Assembly: GCA_964016885.1 (NCBI GenBank)
Contig: OZ024743.1
Coordinates: 148,738,001 to 148,802,000, forward strand
Source: Eledone cirrhosa
Lineage: Eukaryota
Length of the DNA stretch: 64,000 bases
Reading direction: 5' to 3'
Part shown: one piece after another, positions 12,704-26,170 of the stretch
Numbering within the stretch: the first letter of the stretch is position 1
Layout: every line of letters starts with the position of its first letter
The notes under the pieces: model-generated
Seen by the model: only the letters and a program-made list of their open reading frames with translations
Told to the model about the DNA's origin: nothing
The model's database searches: none
Made by a program: the position numbers and the translations under genes

Positions 12704-13539
12704 GTGTGGGGAGAGGAAGGGAGCTAAGAGTAAGTATATTTGTTGAAAATTTTATTTCTCCAACAATTTTGAAGATACTTTAATCTTTTTATTTGTTTTA
12801 TTTATTTTTAGATTTGTTATTTTTTTAAATTATATTTTCCCAGTTTAGATATTTAATTTATGTTTAGTTGTTTATAATATATTTAATATTGATTAACTAT
12901 AAGATACCCACCTCCTCATATTTGCAATATTTCCCTCTTTTCCCATATACATTGATGTTACTTTTTAAAAATAGATATATATCGGGTCTGTATGTCAATA
13001 ATATTATTCGATACATGACAATCTGTCATATCAGAGCCAGAATGCAGATAAATATTAAAAGATCATATTTCTTAGGCAATCCAATCTACTTCTGTAATTG
13101 CCAGAAAATATTCCAATTTTTCTTTCATTGTATTTTTTTCTGGTTTTGTATTTCTTTTTTTTATTTGTATGTATTTATCTATATCTATAGATATATATAA
13201 AGGACTTTGTCATTTGCCATATTTATAATCTCGTGAGACTCCATATAAGACTACACAAAAACTATATATACATAATTATGTGCATTCATTTATATATATA
13301 TATATATATATACATATTAAAGGAGTAATTAACATCGCTACAGACAAGTATCCATTTGTATGTATGCATGTGTGTGTGTGTATATATATATATATACATA
13401 TGTATAGGCATTTATGTGTGTCTGTGCTTTGTGAGTAGAATATATTACGAGTGTAGAGTTAATAAAATATAAAAACTTTATTGAAAATGCAGATTTTCAC
13501 AATTATTTCCATTGATATCAATATTACTATTATTATTAT

Positions 13540-14705
13540 TGTTTCTTCGCTCACCTTCTAGCACTGGAGATGTAATACAGTGTTCGATGTCCACTACCAG
13601 TGAACTGAGGTAACAGCCCTTATTTTGTTAGTACCCTCCGGAGTATTCGAGCTGTTGTAGCAATGCTGTTTTCTGTAAGTGTTCCATCCGATTTGCAATC
13701 CTTATTTGCTTAATGTACTTCTCAAGGTCTTTACTCACTGTTTCCAAGACTCCAACTATTGTTGGTATAACCACCACCTTTTTCAGTGACCCCAACTGCT
13801 TAACCTCCCAAGCTAACCTGTCATATCTATCAATTATTTTTTCTTATTTATCACATACCTGGACAAGCTGTATCTATGATCCAAATCTGTTTGCTTTCTT
13901 TCTCAATTAATACAATATCTGGTCTCCTATACTCAATCTCATGGTCACACTGTATCACAAAGTCCCACAGGATCTTTACATCAGCAGTTTTTATAACGCC
14001 CTCGGGGCTATGTTTGTACCACTTTTCTGCTCTGTCAAGTGCATATTTGCCACAAAGTGCCCAATGGACTCTCCTTGCTATGTTGTCATGACAACTCTTA
14101 TATTCTCTCTGAGCTAATGATGTGCATTGACAGGTAATATGCCATACAGTTACTCCATTCATGTCACAAATTCTACACTTATCACTTTCTGCTGTGTTAG
14201 TTCTTTGTGCTTGTTCTTGAGCAGCACAGATTAAGGCTTCTGTTTCCAGTTTTAGATCACTTTTAGCCATCCATAAACACCTTTTTTCTCTGTCTGTCCT
14301 ATCTTCAACATCTCTATGGAATTGTCCATACATTCTTTTTTCTGTCCATCTAGTTTCATCCATCTTCAAATGCTTGTACACTGTTTTTTCTTTACAATCT
14401 TCTATTTTGCACAGCCCTGATCTTCTTACTTCCAGCAACAGCTGTTCTGTGGGATATTTTATGTACCACGCCATGTTATTTTCTTTTGTTCTAATGCTGT
14501 CTTCGCACAACATCCCCCACTTTTTCTTTAGGTGAAGTAGTCCATAACTAGTCAATATCTTTCTTGTCTTTTGGTCTAAACTGATTAGCTCTTCCACTGT
14601 TCATGTGATAGTCACTGTCACATACCTAAGGAGTGAAACCACCCATGTATTGATAGCTGTCATCTTATTCCATCCATTCAGTTTCGACTTGAGAATAAGT
14701 CTACG
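13540..14705 (-). mobile_element. 5'-truncated R4/Dong-clade non-LTR retrotransposon (RLE endonuclease), pseudogenised
   Basis: The ORF 13851-14597 has a CCHC knuckle (CRIC...HITCQC), CHDNIARRVHW (RHD motif), ILWDF and RRPDIV...IIDTACP (PD-(D/E)xK). The 3' end abuts a (TAA)n run, the known Dong target. Confidence 0.88.
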
Positions 14706-14750
14706 TTTGCATTAATTTTTTTCTGGATTTATCTATTTATCTGTGCCACT

Positions 14751-14803
<53 letters not shown>

Positions 14804-14844
14804 TGTGGCCATGTAGGTAACCCGGTAAAAAGTTCTCAGTTCCA

Positions 14845-15014
14845 CACTGGTTGGTGTTAGGAAGGGCATCCAGCCGTAGAAAACCTGCCAGATAGTACTA
14901 TATGAGCGAGACACAATTACCTGACCAACGTTGCCTCAAGTAGGACAACTCCCGTCTAACCCATGCTAGCGTGGAAGATGGACGTTAAACGATGATGATG
15001 ATGATGATGATGAT
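14845..15014 (+). mobile_element. RTE 3' tail fragment
   Basis: GGTTGGTGTTAGGAAGGGCATCCAGC...GGACGTTAAAC(GAT)n. Confidence 0.8.
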
Positions 15015-15494
15015 ATATATATATATACTTACTATTATACTTGGGGAGGGTTATATTGTTATATTTCCAGAAATAATAACAGAACTATACTCGCTCTTTG
15101 GTTTGGGTTGTTTTTCGCTTCTGTATCTTTTATATCTGCATAGTTAATTTATTTGGCAATCAATGTTTATCATTGATTGACTAACGGTTAAAAATACAGA
15201 TATAAATATATATATAGTCCATCAAAATTATTCGACACACATCTACGACATCATCAGTGGTACTGTTATGTTTCCTCCCATTGTATTGTAAAGTCTACGC
15301 CATTTTTATTTAATTAATTTATTTATTTATTCTTGTCTCTGTCTCTGCGCATGTGTTTGCATGTGTGTTTAATGTTTGGTGTGTGGTGTTCATGTTTGCG
15401 TGTATCTGTTTTTGTTTTCGTATTCTATCTTTGTTCACTAGTGTGTGTTTATATGTGTTTATTGTTATTGTACTTGTGTATATATATATATATA

Positions 15495-15836
15495 TCATCA
15501 TCATCATTTCATTTTACGTCCGCTTTTTCCCTGCTTGCAAGGGTGAGACGGGAACTGATTCTGGCTTGATTTCTACAGATGGATGCCCTTCCTAACACCA
15601 ACCTCATTTACAGTGAGTGCTGGGTGCTTTTTTGCCGTGGCACCTCCACGACCACTTTGCAGTGGAATGATATGGACCCCAGTCCCTATCATCTCATTTC
15701 TACAGCTGAGTAAACTGGAGCAATGTGAAATAAAGTGTCTTGCTCAAGGAAACAACACATCACCCAGTCTGAGAATTGAACTCACAACCTTTCGATTGCA
15801 AGCCCAATGCTCTAACCACCAAGCCATGTGCCTCCA
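15495..15836 (-). mobile_element. Full-length CORE-type tRNA SINE with RTE-derived tail
   Basis: RC has the tRNA head TGGCTTGGTGGTTAGAGCATTGGGCTTGCAATCGAAAGGTTGTGAGTTCAATTC, the CORE and the tail GGACGTAAAATGA. A near-identical copy is at 19640-19978. Confidence 0.88.
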
Positions 15837-16054
<218 letters not shown>

Positions 16055-17479
16055 TGGTTATATTTATTTATTTATTTATTTATTTATTTTTCCCTTGGGT
16101 CAGTATTGTTTGTTTGGGTATGGTTGCTGTTGTTATTCCATTCATTCTTTCTGTTCAACTTTGGTCTTCTTAGTTCTATCTCAGTTGCTTCTCTGATTTG
16201 CCTACATGTTGAGTCATTTCTATGTTTAGATATTATTTTAATTTCTATGTTGTCTATATTACCATCATGTATTTGTCTGGTGTGTTCATATAGTACTGAT
16301 AGATTTACAAAATCATGCTAACACAAGTTTCTTCATGCATTTATGGCATTGCAATACCGTGTCACACATCTTTACTCAATGATAACTGAAATGAATTCCA
16401 GAAACTGAGTATACTCATACAGATTAATAGTGTGGAGGCAATAATTGAAAAAGTTTTATTAAGGTTATCAATAAAATAAATACAACTAATATCAACCAAT
16501 TAATAAATCTAATCATTTAATAAAACAATAATAACAAAAACATTGATATATACACAAACCAGTGTTGGTTTCACCAATGTTAAACTGCTAGTATTAGTTA
16601 TGTTCATATGAACATATTCCAACAGTCAGTTATATATCAACTCAGAATTGGCATAATATCTTCAGGGAGTTTGACCAGGGGAAAATAGGATATTTTTTTC
16701 AGGCACTTTACATGCTGGCAGTATCCAGCTCTGTTTCAATTGTATGCCAACAGTTCAAAATTAAAGTCACAGTACCCTTGCTGTGTTGTCTAAACGAACC
16801 TTTAAAATATGCACTCACTTAGAATTACTACTAGGAGTAAAATATATATCAATATTATACATGCATATATGGGTAGATAGGTAGGTAGGGAGGCAGCAGG
16901 GGAAGTAGGTAGGTATGTCGGTAGATAGATAGATAAATAGATAGATAGATAGATAGATGAGAAAGTACATAACATAACATAATCACCATAATAAAAGATA
17001 AAATACCTGCAAAAGAAAAAAACTTAAGAAATATATGAAAAAATATTCAACCAACCCACCTGACTGACAAAAGAAAAAATATTACACAAAGCTATAGAGC
17101 AAAAAAATAAATAAAATATAATTTAATGTTTTTTTTTTAATGTTATTTCTTAGGGGTGGGAATGGGGTAAGCTTTAGTTGAAGTTAGTTAAGGTTTTTCA
17201 AAGATGAAATTGTTGAAGGCTAGAAGAGAAAAATTTGGTGATGTTTATACAAATTCATGTTTCCCCTACTGCTATCAGATGAAAGACAGCAGAGTCTTTG
17301 GGGAACCTACAGCATGACAATTTGTAGAAGTTGATGACACCACACCACACACACACACACACACACAAGGGTAGTAGGTAGGTAAGAATGATGGTACCAC
17401 ACACACAGAGGTGGTATGTAGGCAAGTCGTGTGAAACCACATGATGTATGCACTTGTGAAAATAATTCTTCTTGGATGT

Positions 17480-17900
17480 CATATATGTATGTATTTATGT
17501 ATGTATGCATGTATGTATGCATGTATGTATGCATGTATGTATTTATGTATGTATGCATGCATGTATGTATTTATGTATGTATTTATGTATGTATGCATGT
17601 ATGTATTTATGTATGTATTTATATATGTATATATGTATGTATGCATGCATGTATGTATTTATGTATGTATTTATGTATGTATATATGTATGCATGTATGT
17701 ATTTAAATATATTAATCCCACACATGCATATATATGAATGTGTGACTGCATGTATTTATATATAAGTATGTATGTGTGTTTCTACATGTACCTGCAAGTA
17801 TATATAAGTATACATATATATATATACTTGCATGTGTGTGTTTGTATATATATGTTTGTATATATATATATATGTATATGTATATATATATATATGTTTG

Positions 17901-17958
<58 letters not shown>

Positions 17959-17965
17959 CATATAT
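17480..17965. repeat. (TATG)n/(TA)n compound microsatellite
   Basis: Direct inspection. Confidence 0.95.
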
Positions 17966-18710
17966 AGGGGTATAAATGTTGTCTTATTCTTGTTTAGCAG
18001 AATTTTATTTAAGTTCTCTAGGTTTCCTTATAATTTGCTATGTATTTTTATTTTTGTATTTACTGTGAATGCTTACCTGCACCTTCTCTGATTATTTTAT
18101 ATTTTTTATATTTCTTTTTTACCTTCATTCTTAGAATGGAAACGAAAAAATAAGAAAAAAAAGAGATACAAGAATCAAAGAAAGAGAGATAGAGAGAAAA
18201 AGAAGGGATATCAAGTCAAAAAAGAAAGAAAGAAAAAAGAAAGAAAGAGAGAAAGAAAGAAAGAGAGAAAGAACGAAAGAAAGGAAAAGAAAGAAAGCTA
18301 GAAAGAAAAAGAAGAGGTAGAGAAGGAGAGAATATAAAGAAAAAAATTAAAGAATATTCTTAGAAATTGAAGGGGAACAAAAAGAAATTAAAAACAAAGG
18401 AAAAATACACTTTAAAAACAAAAAGCACCAATTTTTTTTAAATCCTTTTTTTTTTCTCCATTTTTACATGTTATTACTCTTCTTTCTTGTATTCATTTTA
18501 ACCTTTTCTTTTTCCTCTATCTCACTTTTACCATCTCTTTCTTTTTCTCTTTCACTACTATCACCACACACATTCTCCCTCTCTAATTTCATTTCTTATT
18601 CATTTCTTTATCTCTACCTTTCTCTCTCTCACAATGTCTATCTATCCATCCATCAATATATATATGCATTTGCACATGTATGTATATACTTATATCTATC
18701 TATCTATCTA

Positions 18711-18760
<50 letters not shown>

Positions 18761-18806
18761 TATATTGAGTGCACTAAGCAGCTGAAATGTACGATAAAGT
18801 TATTAT

Positions 18807-19590
18807 ATCATCATCATCATCATCGTTTAACGTCCATCTTCCACGCTTGCATGGGTTTGGACGGGAGTTTTCCCACTTGAGGCAAGATTGGTTGTCTTGC
18901 TCGTATAGGACTGTCTGGCGGGTTTTCTACGGCTGGATGCCCTTCCTAACACCAACCACGTTTACAGTGTGGACTGGAAGGTTTTTACTGTGTTACCTAC
19001 ACGCCACATTACAGCATGGACTCTGTTTTTTTTTTCCGTGACACCTACATGACCTCATTTATTTCGGACTGAATGTTGTGGTACCAACATAATTTTACAT
19101 CGAAAGGGGTGGTGTGGATGGGGTGGCGGTGTATTTTTGTTAGAGGTGCCTACTGACTGTAGGTTTCGCTTTGTACTTAGGCAAGGCGGGTCTTCTGTAT
19201 TACTGTGTAGCGCCAAAGATCTCGGTCCAGTGACATTGTCTTGGAGAAGTGTAAGTGTGTGAGGTCGGAATTTATCAAGTCGTCCGAGGTTTTTCTGGGT
19301 CTGCCTACTCCGTGGCTACCGTCTATTTTTATCGCCCTTCACTTTTTTATACAGCTGTCGTCTTTCATGTGCATCACGTGACCATACCAACGTAGTCTTC
19401 TCTTGAGTAAACAACATCTGATTCCTCTTATTCCTAATTTCTCCCTTAGTTCATTTATGCTTTGCCGTTCACGTATATTACTATTACACATCCAACGGAG
19501 CATGCAAGCTTCGTTCCTCTCCAGTCTGCATATATCCTCTGCACACAATGCCCAAGTCTCACTGCCATGTAACATTGCTGTTCGTATGCA
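18807..19590 (-). mobile_element. RTE-clade LINE 3' fragment (RT C-terminus plus 3'UTR)
   Basis: IRTAMLHGSETWALCAEDICRLERNEACMLRWMC...RRLRWYGHVMHM and a (GAT)n tail. Homologous to 60983-62715. Confidence 0.9.
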
Positions 19591-19639
19591 TATATATATA
19601 TGTATATATACAGAGTGGGTAACTGAGATTGCACCAATC

Positions 19640-19978
19640 ATTTCATCATTTCATTTTACGTCCGCTTTTTCCCTGCTTGCAAGGGTGGGACGGGAACTGA
19701 TTCTGGCTTGATTTCTACAACTGGATGCCCTTCCTAACACCAACCTCATTTACAGTGAGTGCTGGGTGCTTTTTTGCCGTGGCACCTCCACAACCACTTT
19801 GCAGTGGAATGATATGGACCCCAGTCCCTATCATCTCATTTCTACAGCTGAGTAAACTGGAGCAATGTGAAATAAAGTGTCTTGCTCAAGGAAACAACAC
19901 ATCACCCGGTCTGAGAATTGAACTCACAACCTTTCGATTGCAAGGCCAATGCTCTAACCACTAAGCCATGTGCCTCCA
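19640..19978 (-). mobile_element. Full-length CORE-type SINE
   Basis: Near-identical to 15495-15836. Confidence 0.88.
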
Positions 19979-21942
19979 ATATGCATAGCAATAGTTTGGT
20001 TCTCTTCAGAAGAGTATATATAACCTAAACAACCACAAGGAAACAGGTATTTGCTAGGCTTATATACCCAATAACTCTGAGAAGCATTCTGACTGCTTAG
20101 CACACTTCTTAATATATATCTTAATTAACTATCAGCACTAGTACAAATTATATGCAAATTAGTATGTCTATTTCAGAATACCACACACCCACACACACAT
20201 ATTTATACATACATATTTATACAGATACATATTGCTCTCTGCTGTGGTTGTCTCACAATGTCAAACTAACTGCAGAACTTGAAGCAATCCAATGAAGCTA
20301 TACAAAGAGGATTACCTCAATGAAGGAGAGGAGCTACTGGGAGAGATTGAAAGAATTATAACTCCACTCCCGAGAATGAGGATGGGAGAGATATGCAGTG
20401 ATATATGTATGGAGGATCCTAGGATAGCACCAAACTTCGGCATTGAGAGCTGGACAGCCGCCCCACCCCCCAAAAAGGCTAGTTAGAAAAACATTATCTT
20501 TTTGCATGGGAAATTGAAATTGTATCTGTGAAAACAAAAAAAAACAAGTTATCATTTGCTTAACACCCAGGTATGCCCTGAGCAAGAAGACATGAACAAA
20601 AATGTTCCAGCCATAATCAGCATATCTATTTTCGAGGTAGAGGTGATACTATGCAACAAATCCATGTCTGCCCCAACCAAATCTAAGACCAAGTCTGTCA
20701 TTACTCATTAAACATTAAACAGCAGGATAGATGTGGTCAAAGTCATCATAAAAAGGAGTCCAGTGAAATTGTGACAGTGAGCATGCCACAGAAGTATGAC
20801 AAATATTTTGATATCTCACAAAATGAATGAAAAGGGAATATGATAGTTTTGGTGTATCTTATACATGACTAAATTTGTTCTTCTATGATGTAATTGCTTC
20901 AGTTTCAACTACCTCAGATAAAATCAACTGCTAAACAAATCTAAAATCATTTTATTTCCCTTAAATTACTGATGTTCCTATAAAGGCATAAACATCCCAA
21001 TATACCATATATTTCTCTTTCCTCTGAATCTAAACATATGTTCCTAACTAAAAATCATTATTCATTTAAATCATATTTTTGTTTGCTTTCTTCATTAGCA
21101 AATGTTTCAAATTTCCAGAAAAATAATAATTAAATCAGCACAAACCAAAATTTAAATTTATTTCTTCTGTTTGGAGTAAATATTTACCCATTCATTAACC
21201 ATTTTATCGACTGAAACAAGAAGTATAGGAATGAATTGGGACCCAATAAAAGATTCCAATGTTTTGGAGACGGATTCTGTGATTAGTGCAGTGACAGGTA
21301 AACATTCTAGGGAATATTTATTGGTATATATGTTTATATATATTGTTGGAGTTAATAGAATTAGCACATGTACACAATCATGTGAATATACACACACACA
21401 TAGATGCAATGCATACATACAAGAAGAATGAGAGAAAGACAGGAGACAGTAAAATATGCAAGCATACATACACACACATGCATGTTTATGTGTGTATGTT
21501 AAAAATGACAGCTAATATTCTTTTATTTAATTTTTATATATTTTTATTGCAATGTGTACACAACAGCAATATTAGCTTCAGGTTTCCAATAGGCCAATGA
21601 CTGTTTCATCGCATTTCTGGCAGGGAGAGAGACAAATGACAGTCTAACTTGATGCAGAACAAACATCCCAAGGGATTTTGTTTTTAAAACACTTGCTTTC
21701 TTGTTTTCTTCGCAATCTTTATATCCTTTGTCACTTTATATCAGTGAAAGATATATATATATATATATATTTAATACAATAACAGAGATAGCTTAAAGCT
21801 AAACTCCGACTGGTAACCATCTCACTCAACAAACATTAGGTTATATGTTAGTATAAACCCAATTTAAGTGTTTGGGGTGCTAACTATATGTATTTTGTGG
21901 AAAGCCAGTTGTATTATTTTATGAGATATAATTAAAGTTAAA

Positions 21943-22003
<61 letters not shown>

Positions 22004-22273
22004 TGTGTGCGTGTGGATCTATCTATATTTATATATATGAATGTGTGTCTGTGTGTGTATACAAAATTAGGTAAAATTCACAAAATTTTCATCTGATGCG
22101 TTTCACTGGGGAATTTTTATTTCCGCAGTTCATCAGTTCAACACCTTTGAAATGTATACTACAACATGTCCCTCAGACTGAGTGCTCTGCCAACTTTAGA
22201 TATAAATGTTTTTTACGAAATTCTCTACATTATATATATATATATATATATTAAGAACAAAATGAATTTTCAC

Positions 22274-22459
22274 ATTAAGGTTTCTCTTGATTGTGCACAG
22301 TTATGATCATTTCACAGATGGGTGGCCCAGAATTCATGTTAATGTTATAAACCTGATGAGCTGATTGGGGCTGGAGTTCTGTCTATAATATTAACATGGA
22401 TGCTGAGCCACCCATCTGTGAAATGGTTGTAACTGTGCATAATCAATAAAAACCTTAAT
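22274..22459. mobile_element. Inverted-repeat element (~76-bp arms), PLE-end-like
   Basis: 22274-22349 is inverted relative to 22384-22459. The arms hold a hammerhead-like 3' half (GAAATGGTTGTA / GAAATGATCATA) and AATAAA. CTGATGAG lies in the spacer. Confidence 0.55.
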
Positions 22460-23257
22460 ATGTAACCTACTTTTGTATTGAGTGATGATATTGGTACCTT
22501 CGTGAGTAAACCACGAATCTACTGAATCACCCAATATATACTGTGTATATATATATACAGTATATACTCAAATATAAGCTAATCAGAATATAAGCTAAGG
22601 TAGCTAATGAACATATTGTTTAGATGGCATGGTTTTGAGTGGAAAATATATTTATGAAGTTTTGATATTTTGATATTAAAATGTTATAAGTGTCGTTTAT
22701 AGTTTTTGTTTCACAAGTCCATTACATAAGGACTTTTTACCATTTCATTTGTTTTATAAAGTTTCCACGAGTTTCTCAAACTTTTGGTTACTTCTGGCTA
22801 CACAAATGCTGGGAGTATTTTGGTTCTTTTTTTTTTTTTCTTACCAGAGAATAGCAACATCTCCCAAATGTGATTTTTATTTAGTATACACATCAAATGA
22901 AATGCGTGCCTTAAAAAAACTTGGAAACAAGCTTTAGATAGATTATTACAATCACACACATATCGCGCCAACATACCTCCGTTAACTAAAAAATTCATTA
23001 TTCAACTATGCTGTAATTTGGAAAATAAAACGTTTAGTCATTTCGATTCTTTTAAAACCATGTAAGCTGGTTAAATTTTTTTTAATCAGCCAGATTATTG
23101 CTCAAGGAAACAACACATCCGAGAATTGAACTCACAACCTTTCGATTGCAAGCCTAATGCTCTAACCACTAAGCCATGCGCCTATATATATATTACTTAT
23201 TCCTAATTAAACTATTTTTCACTGGGAACAATTTGTCAGAATTTTCTTTTCCGTTTA

Positions 23258-23304
<47 letters not shown>

Positions 23305-23306
<2 letters not shown>

Positions 23307-23636
23307 TCATCATCATCATTTTACGTCCGCTTTTCCCTGCTTGTTAGGGTGGAATGGGAACTGATTCTGGCTTGATTTCTACAGCTGGATGCCCTTCCTT
23401 ACACCAACCTCATTTACAGTGAGTGGTGGGTGCTTTTTTCCGTGGCGCCTACACGCCCACTTTACAATGTGGGCTGGGTGCTTTTTTACCGTGGTACCTC
23501 CACAACCACTTTGCAGTGGAATGGATAGGAACCCCAGTAAACTGGAGCAATGTGAATTAAAGTGTCATGCTCAAGGAAACAACACATCACCCGGTCTGAG
23601 AATTGAACTCACAACCTTTCGATTAAGCCATGTGCC

Positions 23637-23638
<2 letters not shown>
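23305..23638 (-). mobile_element. CORE-type SINE variant
   Basis: Homologous to 15495-15836, with deletions. Confidence 0.8.
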
Positions 23639-23682
<44 letters not shown>

Positions 23683-23724
23683 CATCATCATCATCATCGT
23701 TTAACGTCCATCTTCCACGCTTGC

Positions 23725-23758
<34 letters not shown>

Positions 23759-24515
23759 TTATATATATATACTATAAAGTATGTCCTTAGAATCATTTGA
23801 TAATATATATACACCATTTCCTCTCCTGTGACTTTGTCTAGTTTGTGTATATGTAAATCTTTATATTTAATAATCTCCCATAAGGTTGAGATGCAATTTG
23901 GGCAATATTGGGCTGCGCTTTCTAGCAACCAGCCCACTCGCCGTAAGAAACCAATCACTTTCTTTCTGACTTGACCACTGCCACGTCACAGTTCTGGCGG
24001 AGATCACTTAAGAAAATCATTTGTCCAAATGAGTTTGTTTCCTGATGATTTCGAAGCTCGAGATTTTATCCTTAATAGGATATTTCCAAAAACGACGACA
24101 CCCTAGGGTAGAAACGTGATCCTGGTATGTGTATATGCATTTTTTCTTCTAACTTTAATTTTATACCTAATTGTTTATGGTTGACGGTATATTTAATCGA
24201 TTTCCACGTGCTGTTGAAATGTTGGGTAAATATTCTATGGCGGTTGGTCGCGAATAGATTGCTGTCGTTTATTTATCTACTATTTCTTCATAGTGCCTTT
24301 TAATCTTATAGCCTGGTCTAATTGATTTTTCGTGTGGTTAATTATGCTAATTGGGGGAGGAAATGGGGTATATATATTATCAAATGACTCTATGGACATA
24401 CTTTATAGTATATTGCTCTGATTATTTAATTTATTAATTCATCATTGAGCCACACCGTGAATGGTTGCCAAAACATATACACAAACTAGACAAAGTCACA
24501 GATATATATGTAAAT

Positions 24516-24569
<54 letters not shown>

Positions 24570-24571
<2 letters not shown>

Positions 24572-24666
24572 GTGGGAAAGTAAGAAATCGGAGAATAGAC
24601 CGTTAAAACATGTTTATTTAAAACAGCACCACGGTGTCTATTCTCCGATTTCTTACTTTCTTACGT
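24570..24666. repeat. Short inverted repeat (~31-bp arms) next to a TA tract
   Basis: ACGTGGGAAAGTAAGAAATCGGAGAATAGAC / GTCTATTCTCCGATTTCTTACTTTCTTACGT. Confidence 0.75.
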
Positions 24667-24896
24667 GCTTACGCTCTGCTAATTCTCTAGCCCACTAAAT
24701 ATTAACTCTTCGAATATTTAATACTGCCAGCATTAGTATCAAGCACCTTTGGCATACGCTACTTGGCAAATAACTATATGTATCACCTATCTTCCCCTTT
24801 TTTTCTCTCTCTCGATACGTAAATACTGTATATATATATATATATATATATATTAATACTATATATAGTAGCCTTGCCTGTATATTCTTTTTCATT

Positions 24897-25015
24897 CTCA
24901 CAAGCTCCGATGAATTGACTGGTTATAACTTTGTATTGGTGATCGGGTAACGTAAAAATAAGCGGGTAGCGATCTCTAGACCTACCAGTTCAGAGAAACA
25001 ATTGTCAGCAATGAG
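24897..25015 (+). ncRNA. Type-I hammerhead ribozyme motif (C4 variant core) in a PLE-like end
   Basis: CTCA..GCT-CCGATGA-stem II (TGACTGG/CCAGTTCA)-GAAAC AATT GTC-AGC..TGAG, followed by ATTAAA. Confidence 0.7.
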
Positions 25016-25233
25016 ATTAAAAACCTTTTTTGTATAGCAAACCGTGTCACTCTTCTTTCCTGATTTATTATTACTCCAAGTGTTTACAACATAGGAATTA
25101 CAGCGTACTCGCAGCATCACTATGGCAACGCCTTGTTGAGTCAAACTTAGCCAAGCGTTGATATCATCCACTACCCGGAGTACCATAGCTGGACTACACC
25201 TAAGTGGACTACCTATAACAATAATTTGTTACC

Positions 25234-25500
<267 letters not shown>

Positions 25501-25613
25501 TGTATATATATACACACACATATACATATATATATACATATATATATATACATATATACGAACAAAGGAACGGGAGGCCATCAGTTTCTGATGAGACAGT
25601 CGCAATTTTTCCG

Positions 25614-26099
25614 TTAGGTGTTTCGGGAAACCTCAGGAACCAAAATGCAGAGAGCACCCGGAGTGATCCGCCGACATTTACGCATGTTTTCCTCAACCTT
25701 TGCGACTATCTCGTCGGAAATTGACGGTCTCCCGCTCCTTTGTTCGTCGTGAATTTCAGTACGACTGGCTGTAAACTCTCTACACAACTTGCGAATGTTT
25801 TTGACATCCATGCACGACTGTCCATACACTTCCGTCAATTGGCAATGAATTTCAATCAGTTCAACGCCTTTTGCGTTCAAAAACAAAATAACTGCGCGAA
25901 CTTCGCACTTGGCGGTAGCGTTCAACGGGAGCTCCATTCTGAACGGCTGCCAAGCCAAGATTGAGCATCCCAGCAAAGCGTGCGCATGCTTGTTTGGGAG
26001 TGAAGGAAGCACCAATCACACCAGTGTTGCCAACAGCCGTACGAACAGTTTCTCTGCATCCCCATCGCTTTGGAGACCTTACTTTTGGGATTTCCCTCG
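25614..26099 (-). mobile_element. Mariner (Tc1/mariner) element 5' fragment with transposase N-terminal HTH
   Basis: TA-CGAGGGAAATCCCAAAAGTAAG terminus and the translation EVRAVILFLNAKG...EIHCQLTEVYG...DEQRSGRPS. The catalytic domain is missing. Confidence 0.88.

Positions 26100-26170
<71 letters not shown>

Noticed and set aside
15219-15262. Minus-strand CCA-CTGATGA...TGG possible hammerhead
   Set aside because: GAAA and the cleavage triplet are too degenerate (GAATAATTTTGA).
15765-15836. tRNA-like sequences at SINE heads
   Set aside because: They continue directly into CORE or Meta domains and are not standalone tRNA genes.
20292-20486. 64-aa ORF in non-repetitive, purine-rich sequence
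   Set aside because: No recognisable homology and no convincing splice sites.
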